Source: Scyliorhinus canicula (lineage: Eukaryota). From it: a stretch of 64,000 nucleotides of DNA. The stretch's first letter is position 1; each line of letters opens with the position of its first letter. This document shows positions 23,304 to 35,358 of this stretch, piece after piece. The stretch lies in the NCBI RefSeq assembly GCF_902713615.1, contig NC_052149.1, positions 126,359,256 through 126,423,255 on the forward strand. The letters run 5' to 3'. The notes under the pieces are model-generated. The model had not been told where the DNA came from and searched no databases. It saw only the letters and a program-made list of their open reading frames with translations. The position numbers and the translations under genes were made by a program.

Positions 23304-23400
23304 CTTTATAAAGCTGCAGCCTGTGAGAGTCTGACTGCCCGTTCCTCAGTATGTAAATGGCATGAGGCAGAGACACCACGTCAGCACCTTCACTTCCTCT
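23304..23400 (-). promoter_or_regulatory. V promoter: TATA-like TTTATAAAG (about 23304-23312), variant octamer ATTTACAT (23351-23358), Ets/PU.1 boxes GAGGAAC (23341-23347) and AGAGGAAGTGAA (23389-23400)
   Basis: Order and spacing upstream of the leader ATG match Ig light-chain promoters; the octamer is one base off ATTTGCAT. Confidence 0.75.
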
Positions 23401-23764
23401 CCTCTCTCACTCCCTTCCTCAGCATCAGTCTCTCACTCCCTCTGCACTTTGGCCTACCTACCAGTTTCTCAATCATCTCTCTGTCTCTCCCTCTCTACTC
23501 CACCCTCTATGCCTCTGCCTCCCTCCATCTCCCTCTCTCTGACTCTCCATATGTTCTTTCTTATCTCTCTCTCTCTCTTCCCCTTTCAGTCTCTATTTTT
23601 CTCCCTCCTCCTCTTTTTCTCTCCCCCTCCCACTCTCCACCGTTCTGTAATTCTCTCTCTGATCTCTATAACAGACGTCACTGAAGATTGGTACACTTTG
23701 AGTGGTGGTGCAGCAGTTAAATACTCCCCCCCCCCCCCCCGCCCCCCCCCCCCGCCTCTCTCTC

Positions 23765-26690
23765 TCTCTCTCTGTCACAGTCTGCTCCTCGCTCTCTCTT
23801 TCCCACACTCTCCCAGGTGGATCACAGTTAAATGCTTCCCTCTCTCTCTCTATCTCTGTCACAGTCTGCTCCTCGCTCTCTCTTTCCCACACTCTCCCAG
23901 GTGGATCACAGTTAAAGGCTTCCCTCTCTCTCTCCCTCTGTCACAGTCTGTTCCTCGCTCTCTCTTTCCCACACTCTCCCAGGTGGATCACAGTTAAATG
24001 CTTCCCTCTCTCTCTCTCTCTCTCTCCCTGTCACAGTCTGTTCCTCGCTCTCTCTTTCCCACACTCTCCCAGGTGGATCACAGTTAAACGCTTCCCTCTC
24101 TCTCTCTCTCTCTGTCACAGTCTGTTCCTCGCTCTCTCTTTCCCACACTCTCCCAGGTAGATCACAGTTAAATGCTTCCCTCTCTCTCTCTCTCTCTGTC
24201 ACACTCTGTTCCTCGCTCTCTTTCCCACACTCTCCCAGGTGGATCACAGTTAAATGCTTCCCTCTCTCTCTCTCTCTATCACAGTCTGCTCCTCGCTCTC
24301 TCTATCCCACACTCTCCCAGGTGGATCACAGTAAATGCTTCCCTCTCTCTCTCTGTCACAGTCCGCTCCTCGCTCTCTCTATCCCACACTCTCCCAGGTG
24401 GATCACAGTAAATGCTTCCCTCTCTCTCTCTGTCACAGTCTGTTCCTCGCTCTCTTTCCCACACTTTCCCAGGTGGATCACAGTTAAATGCTTCCCTCTC
24501 TCTCTCTCTCTGTCACAGTCTGTTCCTCGCTCTCTCTTTCCCACACTCTCCCAGGTGGATCACAGTTAAAGGCTTCCCTCTCTCTCTCTGTCACAGTGCG
24601 CTCCTCGCTCTCTCTTTCCCACACTCTCCCAGGTGGATCACAGTTAAATGCTTCCCCCTCTCTCTCTCTCTCTGTCACAGTCTGCTCCTCACTCTCTCTT
24701 TCCCACACTCTCCCAGATGGATCACAGTTAAATGCTTCCCTCTCTCTCTCTCTGTCACAGTCTGCTCCTCGCTCTCTCTTTCCCACACTCTCCCAGGTGG
24801 ATCACAGTTAAATGCTTCCCCCTCTCTCTCTCTCTCTGTCACAGTCTGTTCCTAGCTCTCTCTTTCCCACACTCTCCCAGGTGGATCATAGTTAAATGCT
24901 TCACTCTCTCTCTCTCTGTCACAATCTGTTCCTCACTCTCTCTATCCCACACTCTCCCAGGTGGATCACAGTTAAATGCTTCCCTCTCTCTCTCTCTCTC
25001 TGTCACAGTCTGTTCCTCGCTCTCTCTATCCCACACTCTCCCAGGTGGATCACAGTTAAATGCTTCCCTCTCTCTCTCTCTCTCTGTCACAGTCTGTTCC
25101 TCGCTCTCTCTTTCCCACACTCTCCCAGGTGGATCACAGTTAAATGCTTCCCCCTCTCTCTCTCTCTCTGTCACAGTCTGCTCCTCACTCTCTCTTTCCC
25201 ACACTCTCCCAGATGGATCACAGTTAAATGCTTCCCTCTCTCTCTCTCTGTCACAGTCTGCTCCTCGCTCTCTCTTTCCCACACTCTCCCAGGTGGATCA
25301 CAGTTAAATGCTTCCCCCTCTCTCTCTCTCTGTCACAGTCTGTTCCTAGCTCTCTCTTTCCCACACTCTCCCAGGTGGATCATAGTTAAATGCTTCACTC
25401 TCTCTCTCTCTGTCACAATCTGTTCCTCACTCTCTCTATCCCACACTCTCCCAGGTGGATCACAGTTAAATGCTTCCCTCTCTCTCTCTCTCTCTGTCAC
25501 AGTCTGTTCCTCGCTCTCTCTATCCCACACTCTCCCAGGTGGATCACAGTTAAATGCTTCCCTCTCTCTCTCTCTCTCTGTCACAGTCTGTTCCTCGCTC
25601 TCTCTTTCCCACACTCTCCCAGGTGGATCACAGTTAAATGCTTCCCTCTCTCTCTCTCTGTCACAGTCTCTCCCTCACTCTCTCTTTCCCACACTCTCCC
25701 AGGTGGATCACAGTTAAATGCTTCCCTCTCTCTCAGTCACAGTCTGTTCCTCGCTCTCTCTTTCCCACACTCTCCCAGGTGGATCACAGTTAAATGCTTC
25801 CCTCTCTCTCTCAGTCACAGTCTGTTCCTCGCTCTCTCTTTCCCACACTCTCCCAGGTGGATCACAGTTAAATGCTTCCCTCTCTCTCTCTCTCTCTCTG
25901 TCACAGTCTGCTCCTCACTCTCTCTTTCCCACACTCTCCCAAGTGGATCACAGTTAAATGCTTCCCTCGCTCTCTCTGTCACAGTCTGCTCCTCACTCTC
26001 TCTTTCCCACACTCTCCGAGGTGGATCACAGTTAAATGCTTCCCTCTCTCTCTCTGTCACAGTCTGCTCCTCGCTCTCTCTTTCCCACACTCTCCCAGGT
26101 GGATCACAGTTAAATGCTTCCCTCTCTCTCTCTCTCTGTCACAGTCTGTTCCTCGCTCTCTCTTTCCCACACTCTCCCTGGTGGATCACAGTTAAATGCT
26201 TCCCTCTCTCTCTCTCTCTGTCACAGTCTGTTCCTCGCTCTCTCTATCCCACACTCTCCCAGGTGGATCACAGTTAAATGCTTCCCTCTCTCTCTCTCTG
26301 TCACAGTCTGTTCCTCACTCTCTCTATCCCACACTCTCCCAGGTGGATCACAGTTAAATGCTTCCCTCTCTCTCTCTCTGTCACAGTCTGTTCCTCGCTC
26401 TCTCTATCCCACACTCTCCCAGGTGGATCACAGTTAAATGCTTCCCTCTCTCTCTCTGTCAGTCTGTTCCTCGCTCTCTCTTTCCCACACTCTCCCAGGC
26501 GGATCACAGTTAAATGCTTCTCTCTCTCTCTCTCTCTGTCACAGGCTGCTCCTCGCTCTCTCTTTCCCACACTCTCCCAGGTGGATCACAGTTAAATGCT
26601 TCCCTCTCTCTCTCTCTCTGTCACAGTCTGTTCCTCGCTCTCTCTTTCCCACACTCTCCCAGGTGGATCACAGTTAAATTCTTCCCTTTG
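23765..26690 (+). repeat. ~80-bp minisatellite with variable (CT)n, about 36 copies, ~400 bp upstream of the V promoter
   Basis: Unit: (ct)n-gtcacagtctgttcctcgctctctctttcccacactctcccaggtggatcacagttaaatgcttccc. Confidence 0.96.
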
Positions 26691-26699
26691 GGTCCCATT

Positions 26700-26883
26700 T
26701 GGGAGGTATTGGTATAATGGTATTTTCACTGGACGTGTAATCCAGAGACCCAGGAGACCTGCTCTGAGGACCAGGATTCAAATCCCACCGTGGCCGATGG
26801 TAAAATTTGATTTCAATAATAAATATCTGAAATTAAAAGTCTAATGCTGACCATGAAACCATTGTCGTTATGTGGTAAACCAC
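26700..26883 (+). mobile_element. 5' head of a tRNA-derived SINE, cut by the Gypsy insertion
   Basis: ggattcaaatccc B-box; homologous to 33310-33450 in reverse. Confidence 0.7.
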
Positions 26884-29800
26884 TGTCGCAACTTTATTAA
26901 AGGATGTATGGTAGGACCTGTACTACAGGTACGTTGGTAGTCCCTGCATGCTGGCTCCGCCCTGTCGGCGGAGTATAAATATGTGTGTCCTCCATGCTGC
27001 AGCCATTTCGCCAGCTACTGTCGGAGGCCGCACATCTTAGAGCAATAAAGCATCAGTTGTACCCAACTCAAGTCTTTGTGCAATTGATCATGCCTTAATT
27101 TATTGCTCTAAGGTTTTCAAAAGATGGACCTCCGTAACATAGATATAGATATAGAATTTACAGTGCTGAAGGAGGCCATTCGGCCCATCGAGCCTGCACC
27201 GGCTCTTGCAATAGAGCACCCCACCCAAGGTCAACATCTCCACCCTATCCCCATAACCCAGTAACCCCACCCAACACTAAGGGCAATTTTGGACACTAAG
27301 GGCAATTTAGCATGGCCAATCCACCTAACCCGCACATCTTTGGACTGTGGGAGGAAACCGGAGCACCCGGAGGAAACCCACGCACACACGGGGAGGATGT
27401 GCAGACTCCGCACAGACAGTGACCCAAGCTGGAATCGAACCTGGGACCCTGGCGCTGTGAAGCGATTGTGCTATCCACAATGCTACCGTGCTGCCCAATA
27501 ACGTGCTGTAACAAGCCGGATCGCCTGCAGCTGGATCCGCATTCAAGCGATGCCAAAAAGGACTTTCAACACTGGCTAGCTTGTTTTGAGGTGTACATAA
27601 TCTCGGCGCCCACCCCTGTCTCGGAGGCTCAGAAGGTACAGATCATGTACTCAAGGTTGAGCTCCAACATCTTTCCGCTGATCCAGAATGCACCAAACTA
27701 CGCCGAAGCCATGACGCTTCTCAAAGAGAATTACGCTCAGAAGACGAACTCGCAATACGCCAGGCACGTACTCGCCACTCGCTCTTAACTGCCTTGTGAG
27801 TCCATAGAAGGCTTCTGGTGGGCCCTAATCCCACTCGTCTGGGACTGTGACTGTCAGGCCATTACGGCCACTGAACATTCAAACCTCCTCATGCGGGAGG
27901 CTTTTGTTACGGGGATTGGGTTGGACCTCATACGCCAGCGACTGTTAGAAGGGGCCACGCTCGATCTCGCAGAGACAAAGAAGCTAGCGCTCTCTATGAC
28001 GGTCGCCTCGTGCAACATTCAGGCCTACCCCCCCCCCCCAGCCGCGTGGCCCACCTCTCCTACGCATCATGGACCCCACAGACAGCCACCCCAGCAGGGG
28101 CCTTACCCAACCAATACGCCTGCGCCACGCGCCAGCCAGCGAACCCCGGGGGTCCCCGATGTGACTTTTGCGGCCAGCAGAAACACCCCCGGCAATGCTG
28201 CCTGGCCCGCGTTGCCCTTTGTAAGGCTTGCGGTAAGAAGGGGCACTTTGCCGCGGTGTGCCACGCCCGTGCATTCGCTGCTATCACCCCCACCCCCCTC
28301 GCTTACGCACAATGGGCGCCGCCATCTTCACCTCCCTCAGACCACGCGCGGCCAGTGGGCGCCACCATCTTCCCCTCCGAGCAACACGTGCAGCCCATGG
28401 GCGCCACCATCTTCTTCAACCCCCGCCACGTGCGGCCCATGGGCGCTGCCATTTTGTCCTCCTCAAGATCTTCAGGCGCCGCCATCTTGTCTCCCCATGG
28501 CACATGGGCACCGCCAGCATTCCAGGACCTGTGCCCCCTGGGCTCCCTATTATCCGACACCATCGACGACGGACCACAACTCGCCTTAGTGACCATCGAC
28601 CAGTCTCGTCCGCACAACCTGGCCACCGCATCGACCAGCGTTAAAATCAATGGACACATGACCTCTTGCCTGCTGGACTCCGGGAACACCGAAAGCTTCA
28701 TCCACCCGGATACGGTAAGGCGCTGCTCCCTTGCGGTACACCCCGCCAACCAAAGAATCTCCCTGGCCTCCGGATCCCATTCCGTGGCAATCCGGGGGTA
28801 CTGTACGGTCAGACTCACGGTCCAGGGCGTAGAATTCAGTGGCTTCCGCCTCTACGTCCTCCCTAATCTCTGCACTGCCCTGCTACTCGGCCTGGACTTC
28901 CAGTGTAACCTCCAGCTTGAAGCGTACCTCCTCCCACGCATACCTGACATGGTCAATCAGATTGCACAGTACCGGGTCTTCTCAACGGTAGACCTCAAAT
29001 CCGCCTAACACCAGCTCCCCATTCGTAAATCGGACCATACACTGCTTTCGAGGCGGACAGTCGTGTCTATCTCTTCCTCAGGGTTCCTTTCGGCGTCACC
29101 AGCGGGGTCTCGGTCTTCCAAAGGGAGATGGACCGAATGGCCAACCGGCACGGTTTGCAAGCCACCTTTCCGTACCTAGACAACATCACCATCTGCAGCC
29201 ATGATCAGCAGGACCAGGATGCCACCTTGCCAAATTTCTCCACACCGCCACTCTCCTAAACCTCACCAACAACAAGGAGAAATGTGTGTTTAGCACGACC
29301 CGCTTAGCCATCCTCGGCTATGTGGTCCAGAACGGAGTTCTGGGGCCCGATCCCGACCGCATGCGCCCCCTCATGGAGCTCCCCCTCCCCCATTGCCCCA
29401 AGGCCCTCAAACACTGACTGGGGTTCTTTTCGTACTACACTCAGTGGGTCCCAAAGTATGCGGACAAGGCCCGTCCACTCATACAGTCCACCCATTTTCC
29501 CCTGACGGCCGAGGCACAACAGGCCATCGCCCGTATTAGAGCCGATATCGCCAAGGCCGGGATGCACGCAGTAGATGAGACACTGCCCTTTCAAGTAGAG
29601 AGCGACGCATCAGACGTTGCTCTAGCTGCCACCCTCAATTAGGCAGGCAGACCCGTAGCATTATTTTCCCGCACCCTTCATGCCTCAGAAATTTGGCACT
29701 CATCCATCGAAAAAGAGGCCCAAGATATCGTTAAAACTGTGCGGCATTGGAGGCATGAAATGAAAATGAAATGAAATGAAAATCGCTTGTTGTCACAAGT

Positions 29801-31160
29801 AGGCTTCAAATGAAGTTACTGTGAAAAGCCCCTAGATGCCACATTCCGGCGCCTGTTCGGGGAGGCTGATACGGGCCGGCAGGAGATTCACTCTCCTCAC
29901 TGACCAACGGTCGGTAGCCTTCATGTTCAATAACACACAGCGGGGCAAGATCAAGAATGATAAGATCTTGAGGTGGAGGATCGAGCTCTCCACCTACAAT
30001 TGTGAGATTTTGTATCGCCCCGGCAAGCTCAACGAGCCCCCAGACGCCCTATCCCGAGGTACATGTGCCAGCGCACAAGTAGACCGACTCCGGGCCCTAC
30101 ACGACAGCCTTTGTCACCCGGGTGTCACACGATTGTACCATTTTATAAAGGCCCGCAATCTGCCCTTCGCCGTCAAGGAAGTACGGACAATCACCAGAGA
30201 CTGCCAGGTCTGTGCGGAGTGCAAGCCGCACTTCTACCAGCCGGACCGTGTGCGCCTGGTGAAGGCCTCCCGCTCCTTTGAGCGCCTCAGCGTGGATTTC
30301 AAAGGGCCCCTCCCCTCCACCGACCGTAACACGTATTTTCTCAGTGTGGTCGATGAGTACTCCAGATGCCCCTTCGCCATCCCATGCCCCGACATGACGT
30401 CTGCCACCGTCATCAAAGCCCTCAACACAATCTTCGCTCTGTTCGGTTTCCCCGCCTACATCCCCAGTGACAGGGGATCCTCATTCATGAGCGATGAGCT
30501 ACATCAGTTCTTGCTCAGCAGAGGTATCGCCTCCAGCAGGATGATAAGCTATAACCCCCGGGGAAACGGACGGGTAGAGAGGGAGAACGGGACGGTATGG
30601 AGGGCCGTCCAACTGGCCCTGTGGTCCAAGAACCTCCCAGCCTCTCGCTGGCAGGAGGTCATCCCTGATGCACTACACTATATTCGGTCACTACTGTGCA
30701 CCACCACTAACAACACACCCCATGAACATCTTTTTGCCTTCCCCAGCAAGACCACATCCGGGTGTCGCTCCCGACTTGGCTCGTCCTGCTCCGTAGGCAC
30801 GTCCGAGTCCACAAGGCAGACCTGTTGGTGGGGAGGGTGCAATTGCTCCATGCAAACCCCCATAATGCCGATGTGGCGTACCCCGACGGCCGCCAGGATA
30901 CTGTCTCCCTCAGGGACCTGGCACCAGCAGGTTCCACACACACACCCCACCCCCCGGCCCGACGCCACCCTCCACTCCCAGGGCACTCCCAGCAGCAACC
31001 CCCCCGGGACCATCCGTCCTCCCTCTGCTTACACCTAAAGATGAAGAGGATTTCAGCACGCTCCCGAAGTCACCGGACATCAGACCAACATCGGCATCAC
31101 CGCCACCACCACTACGTCGCTCCCAGCGGCACATCAAGTCCCCGACCGGTTAAACTCGGT
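26884..31160 (+). mobile_element. Ty3/Gypsy retrotransposon: 5' LTR, gag, protease, partial RT, RNase H, integrase; decayed, no 3' LTR
   Basis: TG start, TATAAA and AATAAA in the LTR; zinc knuckle CKACGKKGHFAAVC; LLDSG protease; YLDN; RNase H ESDASD; HHCC (H..CH...C..C) and D,D-35-E core; PR-RT-RH-IN order. V-SINE at 27137-27496 and a LINE tail at about 29755-29870 inserted. Confidence 0.93.
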
Positions 31161-31179
31161 AAAATTTTACCGAGCGATA

Positions 31180-33450
31180 GTGAACAAACGGCCGATATAT
31201 TTTCAAGTCAGGATGGTGAGTGTCTTGGAAGAGAACTTCCAGGTGGTGGTGTTCCCATGTGTCTCCTGCCTTTGTCCTTCTAGAATCTAGAATCTAGATG
31301 GTTGTGGGCGTGGTTTCGAAGAGGATGTTGAAGGAACCTTGGTGAGTTGCTGCAGTGCATCAGTGGTGGAGGGAGTGAATACCGAGGGTGGTGGATGGGG
31401 AGCCAATCATGCGACTGCTTTGTTCTGGATGGTGTGAAGCTTCTTGAGTGTTGTTGGAACTGCACTCATCCAGGAAAGTGGGGATTATTCCATCACAGGA
31501 GCTGAGTGACCCTGGCGGATACCAAACTGAGGATCAGACAGCAGGTTATTGCTGAGTAAGTGCCACATGATCGCGCTGTTAATGACACCTTCCATCACTT
31601 CACTGATGATGAAGTGCAGATGGACGGGGCAGCAAATGGCTGAATAGGATTTGTCCTGTTTCTTGTATACAGGACATACCTGGGCAATTTTCCACATTGC
31701 TGGGTAGATGCCAGTGTTGTAGCTGTACTGGAACAGCTTGGCTAGGGGGAAAGTTCTGGAGCATAAGTCTCAGTACTCTTCCCAGAATATTGTCAGGGCC
31801 CATAGCCTTTGCAGTATCCAGTGCCTTCAGCAGTTTCCTGATATCACGTGGAGTCAATCCAATTGGCTGAAGACTGACATCTGGGAACTTCAGGTGACCG
31901 AGATGGGCCATCCACTCGGCACTTCTGACTGAAGATTTTTGCAAATGCCTCAGCCTCATCTGTTCTACAGATGTGCTGGGCTCCTCCATCATTGAGGATG
32001 GGGATATTTGTGGAGACTCCTCCTCCAGTGAGTTGTTTATTGTCCACCACCATTCACCAGTGGATCAGGCAGGACTGCAGAACTTAGATCTAATACATTG
32101 GTTCATCCCTTTGCTCTGTCTGTGACCCGCTGCTTAAGCTGTTTGACATGAAAGTAGTCCTGTAGCTTCACTAGGTTGACACCTCATTTTTCAGTCTGCA
32201 TGGCGTAGCTCCTCGCGTGCCTCCCCTGCACTCTTCATTGAACCAGATGTTGATCCCCTGGATTGGGGGAATGGGGATAGGAAGTTACAAATTGTGTTTG
32301 AGCACAATCCTGCTGCTGCTGATAGTACCTGATGGATGTCTGGCTGAAGCTGCTATATCTTTTAGAAATCAATCCCAGTTAGCAGAGTGGGTAATGCCAC
32401 ACAACACCATGGAGGGTATCCTCAATGTGAAGACGGGATTTTGTCTCCAGCAGGACTGTGTGGTGGTCACTTCTACCCATACAGTCATGGACAGATACAT
32501 CATGGAAGGCAGGTTGGTGAGGATAGGGTCAAGTATGATTTTCCCTGTTGTTGGTTCCCTCACCACCTGAAGCCACAATCTAGCAATAATGTCCTTTGGG
32601 ACCTGGACAGTTTGGTCAGTAATGATGCTACCCACACACTGATGGACATTGAAGTCCCCCAGCCAGAATACAATTTGCACCATTTCTACCCTCAGCGATT
32701 CATGTTTAACGTGGAGAAGTATTCATTCATCAGCTGAGTGGGGACTGAAAATGGTAACCAGCAGGAGGTTTCCTTGTCTATATTTGACCTGGTACCATGA
32801 GACTACATGGAGTCTGGAGTCAATGTCGAGGATTCCCAGGGTGACTCCCTCCTGACTGTGTCCCACTGTGTCACCACCTCTGCTGGGTCTGTCCTGCCGG
32901 TGATACAGGACATACCCAGGGATGCTGATGGTGGTGTCTGGGACATTATCTGTAAGGTATGATTCTGTGGGTGTGACTATGTCAGGCTGTTGCTGACTAG
33001 TCTGTGGGACAGCTCTCCCAATTCTAACACAAGCCCCCAGATATCAGGAAGGAGGACTTTGCAGGGTCGACAGGGCTGGGTTTGCCGTTGTCTATGTCAA
33101 TGTCGGGTGGTCTGTTCGGTTTCATTCCTTTTAGAATTTTCAGCAGTTTGATACAACTGAGTGGCTATTTCAGAGTCAACCACATTGCTGTGGGTCTGGA
33201 GTCACATGTAGGCCAGACCAGGTAAGGACGGCAGATTCCCTGCCCTAAAGGACATTAGTGAACCAGATGGGTTTTTACAACAACCAACAAACAACAAACA
33301 ACAATGGTCACCATTAATGAGACGAGCTTTTAATTCCAGATTTATCCATTGAATTTAAATTCCACCAGCTGCCATGGTGGGATTTGAACCTGTGACCAGA
33401 GCATTAGCCTGGGCCTCTGGATTACTAGTCCAGACATTACCACTACACTG
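31180..33450 (-). mobile_element. CR1/L2-group LINE with endonuclease plus RT N-terminus, preceded by a tRNA-headed SINE-like 5' region
   Basis: Minus-strand motifs IWGL, TESYL, HRQDRPSRGG, WLGDFNVHQ, NILDPILT, KAMGPDNI, MWKIAQVCPV; SINE head at about 33310-33450. Confidence 0.78.
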
Positions 33451-33558
33451 GGTTATGGGGATAGAGAGGGGGAGTGGGACTAATTGAGTAAGTCACAGCA
33501 TGATGGGCAGAATGGCCTCCTTCTGTGCTGGAAGATTCGAGGTAGTGGACACTGTTCA

Positions 33559-33890
33559 CAGTTTTCTCCCATGTCAGTAACAAACATCCAGCTGCTCTGA
33601 GCCCCTTCTTTCACTTCCTCTGTTGGTTACGTTTCAATCTTCCAATCTGACAGTCTTTGCTGTTATTTTTTACACTGGGGGTTTCTGCTGTGGTCTGAAT
33701 CTCTAACAATAACTGTCCAATCAGTGACAAGGACAGCAGCTCAGAGCAGTCAGGACTGAGGAGCCAGGCTCACTGGGAAACACATTGGGAAGATCAAAGC
33801 CATCGTCTTCAGCTCCCGATACAAACTCCACCCCTCTCCCTGAGCACTGTCTGCTGCTCAACCAGACTCTTTACAACATTGGCCTCATCT
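33559..33890 (+). repeat. Copy A of a 332-bp inverted duplication (motif-rich segment plus L2 remnant)
   Basis: Aligns without gaps to the reverse complement of 62731-63062 with 7 mismatches. Confidence 0.95.
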
Positions 33891-34529
33891 TTGACCCCGA
33901 TCTGAACCCCCCCCAAATCCTCCACATCACAAAGTTCAGCCACTCCCCCCAAGAATTGGAATGTGCCGATTACACAGAAGGAGAGGTTTCACAAACAGGG
34001 AGGAGGCGAGTAAAAGACTTGAGCACAGTAGAGACAGATGAGTGAAGGGACAGATAGGTGAGTGACACAATTCAATGCCCAGCAGTTTGAGATCATGGTT
34101 TTTAGGAGGAAAATTAGTGAAATGATCTCCCCTCAAGGTTAGCGCTTGACCCCTAAAGGTGCAGAGAAATCCGCATCTTTGGGGCGGCCAGACGCCGGAG
34201 TGGTTCCCACCACTCCATCCCGCCGGGACCCCCAGCCCCGCCGGGTCGGGGAGAATCCCTGCCTTGGGGTCCAAAGTGTCTTCCTGTTCACTTGTTGTTG
34301 GTAATTCTTGAAAAATGAACTCAGCCTCTGTGTCTGTTGATATTGAAGATTCTGAAGTGACAGATTCTGTAATTTCCTGTGTAATTGGTCTCGGTTCTGA
34401 TGTATCACTGTCCATACGTTCCGATATGAATATCTCTGGTGAAGATTCAGTAATTCACTTTGTGAAGATAGTAGTTGGTCAGCATGATGTTGCCAAACTC
34501 TTTTATCCTCAGTCTGTAGACAGATTACA

Positions 34530-34990
34530 TAGATACATAGATGATAGGAGCAGGAGGAGGCCTTTTGGCCCTTCGAGCGTGCTCCACCATTCATCACGAT
34601 CATGGCTGACCATCCAACTCAATAGCCTTATCATGCTTTCTCCCCATAACCTTTGATCCCATTCGCCCCAAGTGCTATATCTAGCCACCTCTTATATATA
34701 TTCAATGTGCTAACATCAACTACTTCTGTGGTAATGAATTTCACAGGATCACCACTCTTTGGGTGAAGAAATGTCTCCTCATCTCTGTCAGAACTGGTTT
34801 ACCCTGAATCCTCAGGCTGTGACCCCTGGTTCTGGACACACCCACTATCGGGAACATCTTCCCTGCATTGCTTGTCTAGTCCTGTTAGAATTTTATAAGT
34901 CTCTATGAGATCCCCCCTCATTCTTCTGAACTCAAGCGATAGCAATCTCAACCCAGTCAATTTCTCCTAATATGACAGTTCTTCTCCTCA
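34530..34990 (-). mobile_element. CR1 3' end
   Basis: Tail with gaagggccaaaaggcctcct hairpin; FFTQRV type sequence on the minus strand. Confidence 0.8.
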
Positions 34991-35358
34991 CATATCAGTC
35001 CCTCTCCTCAGATAGCAGACCTGTCTTTGCTAGTTTGATGGCTGGTGTTGTAAGGATCCTTTTGGAAATCCTTGTCTGTCCCTTGTTTTCCTTTGTAATT
35101 TGTGATTGTTTTTGGCTTTAATAATTTTTCCTCCTTGGACAATTACTCGGGCCAATGCCTTTAAGATGTACTTCCCTATTAATAAAAAAAAGAACATCCC
35201 CCAGCAGGCTGTGCTGTTGCTCTGACTTCATTAATGCCATTTCTTGATGGACTTGGCTGTCAGCCAAAGGACTACTTCATATTCCCAGGTCTCAATGGAT
35301 GCTCAATGCTGATTGGTGCTGATCATTCCGGAATGTTCCTTACTTTCTGAGACTGTGG

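Noticed and set aside
23765-26690. CRISPR-like or RSS array
   Set aside because: No unique spacers, and the genome is eukaryotic; the CACAGT hexamers have no nonamer at 12 or 23 bp.
23593-26844. Many repeated ORFs (SLSLSHTLPGGSQLNA, WERESEEQTVTE)
   Set aside because: Artefacts of the 80-bp array; the variable CT length shifts the frame from unit to unit.
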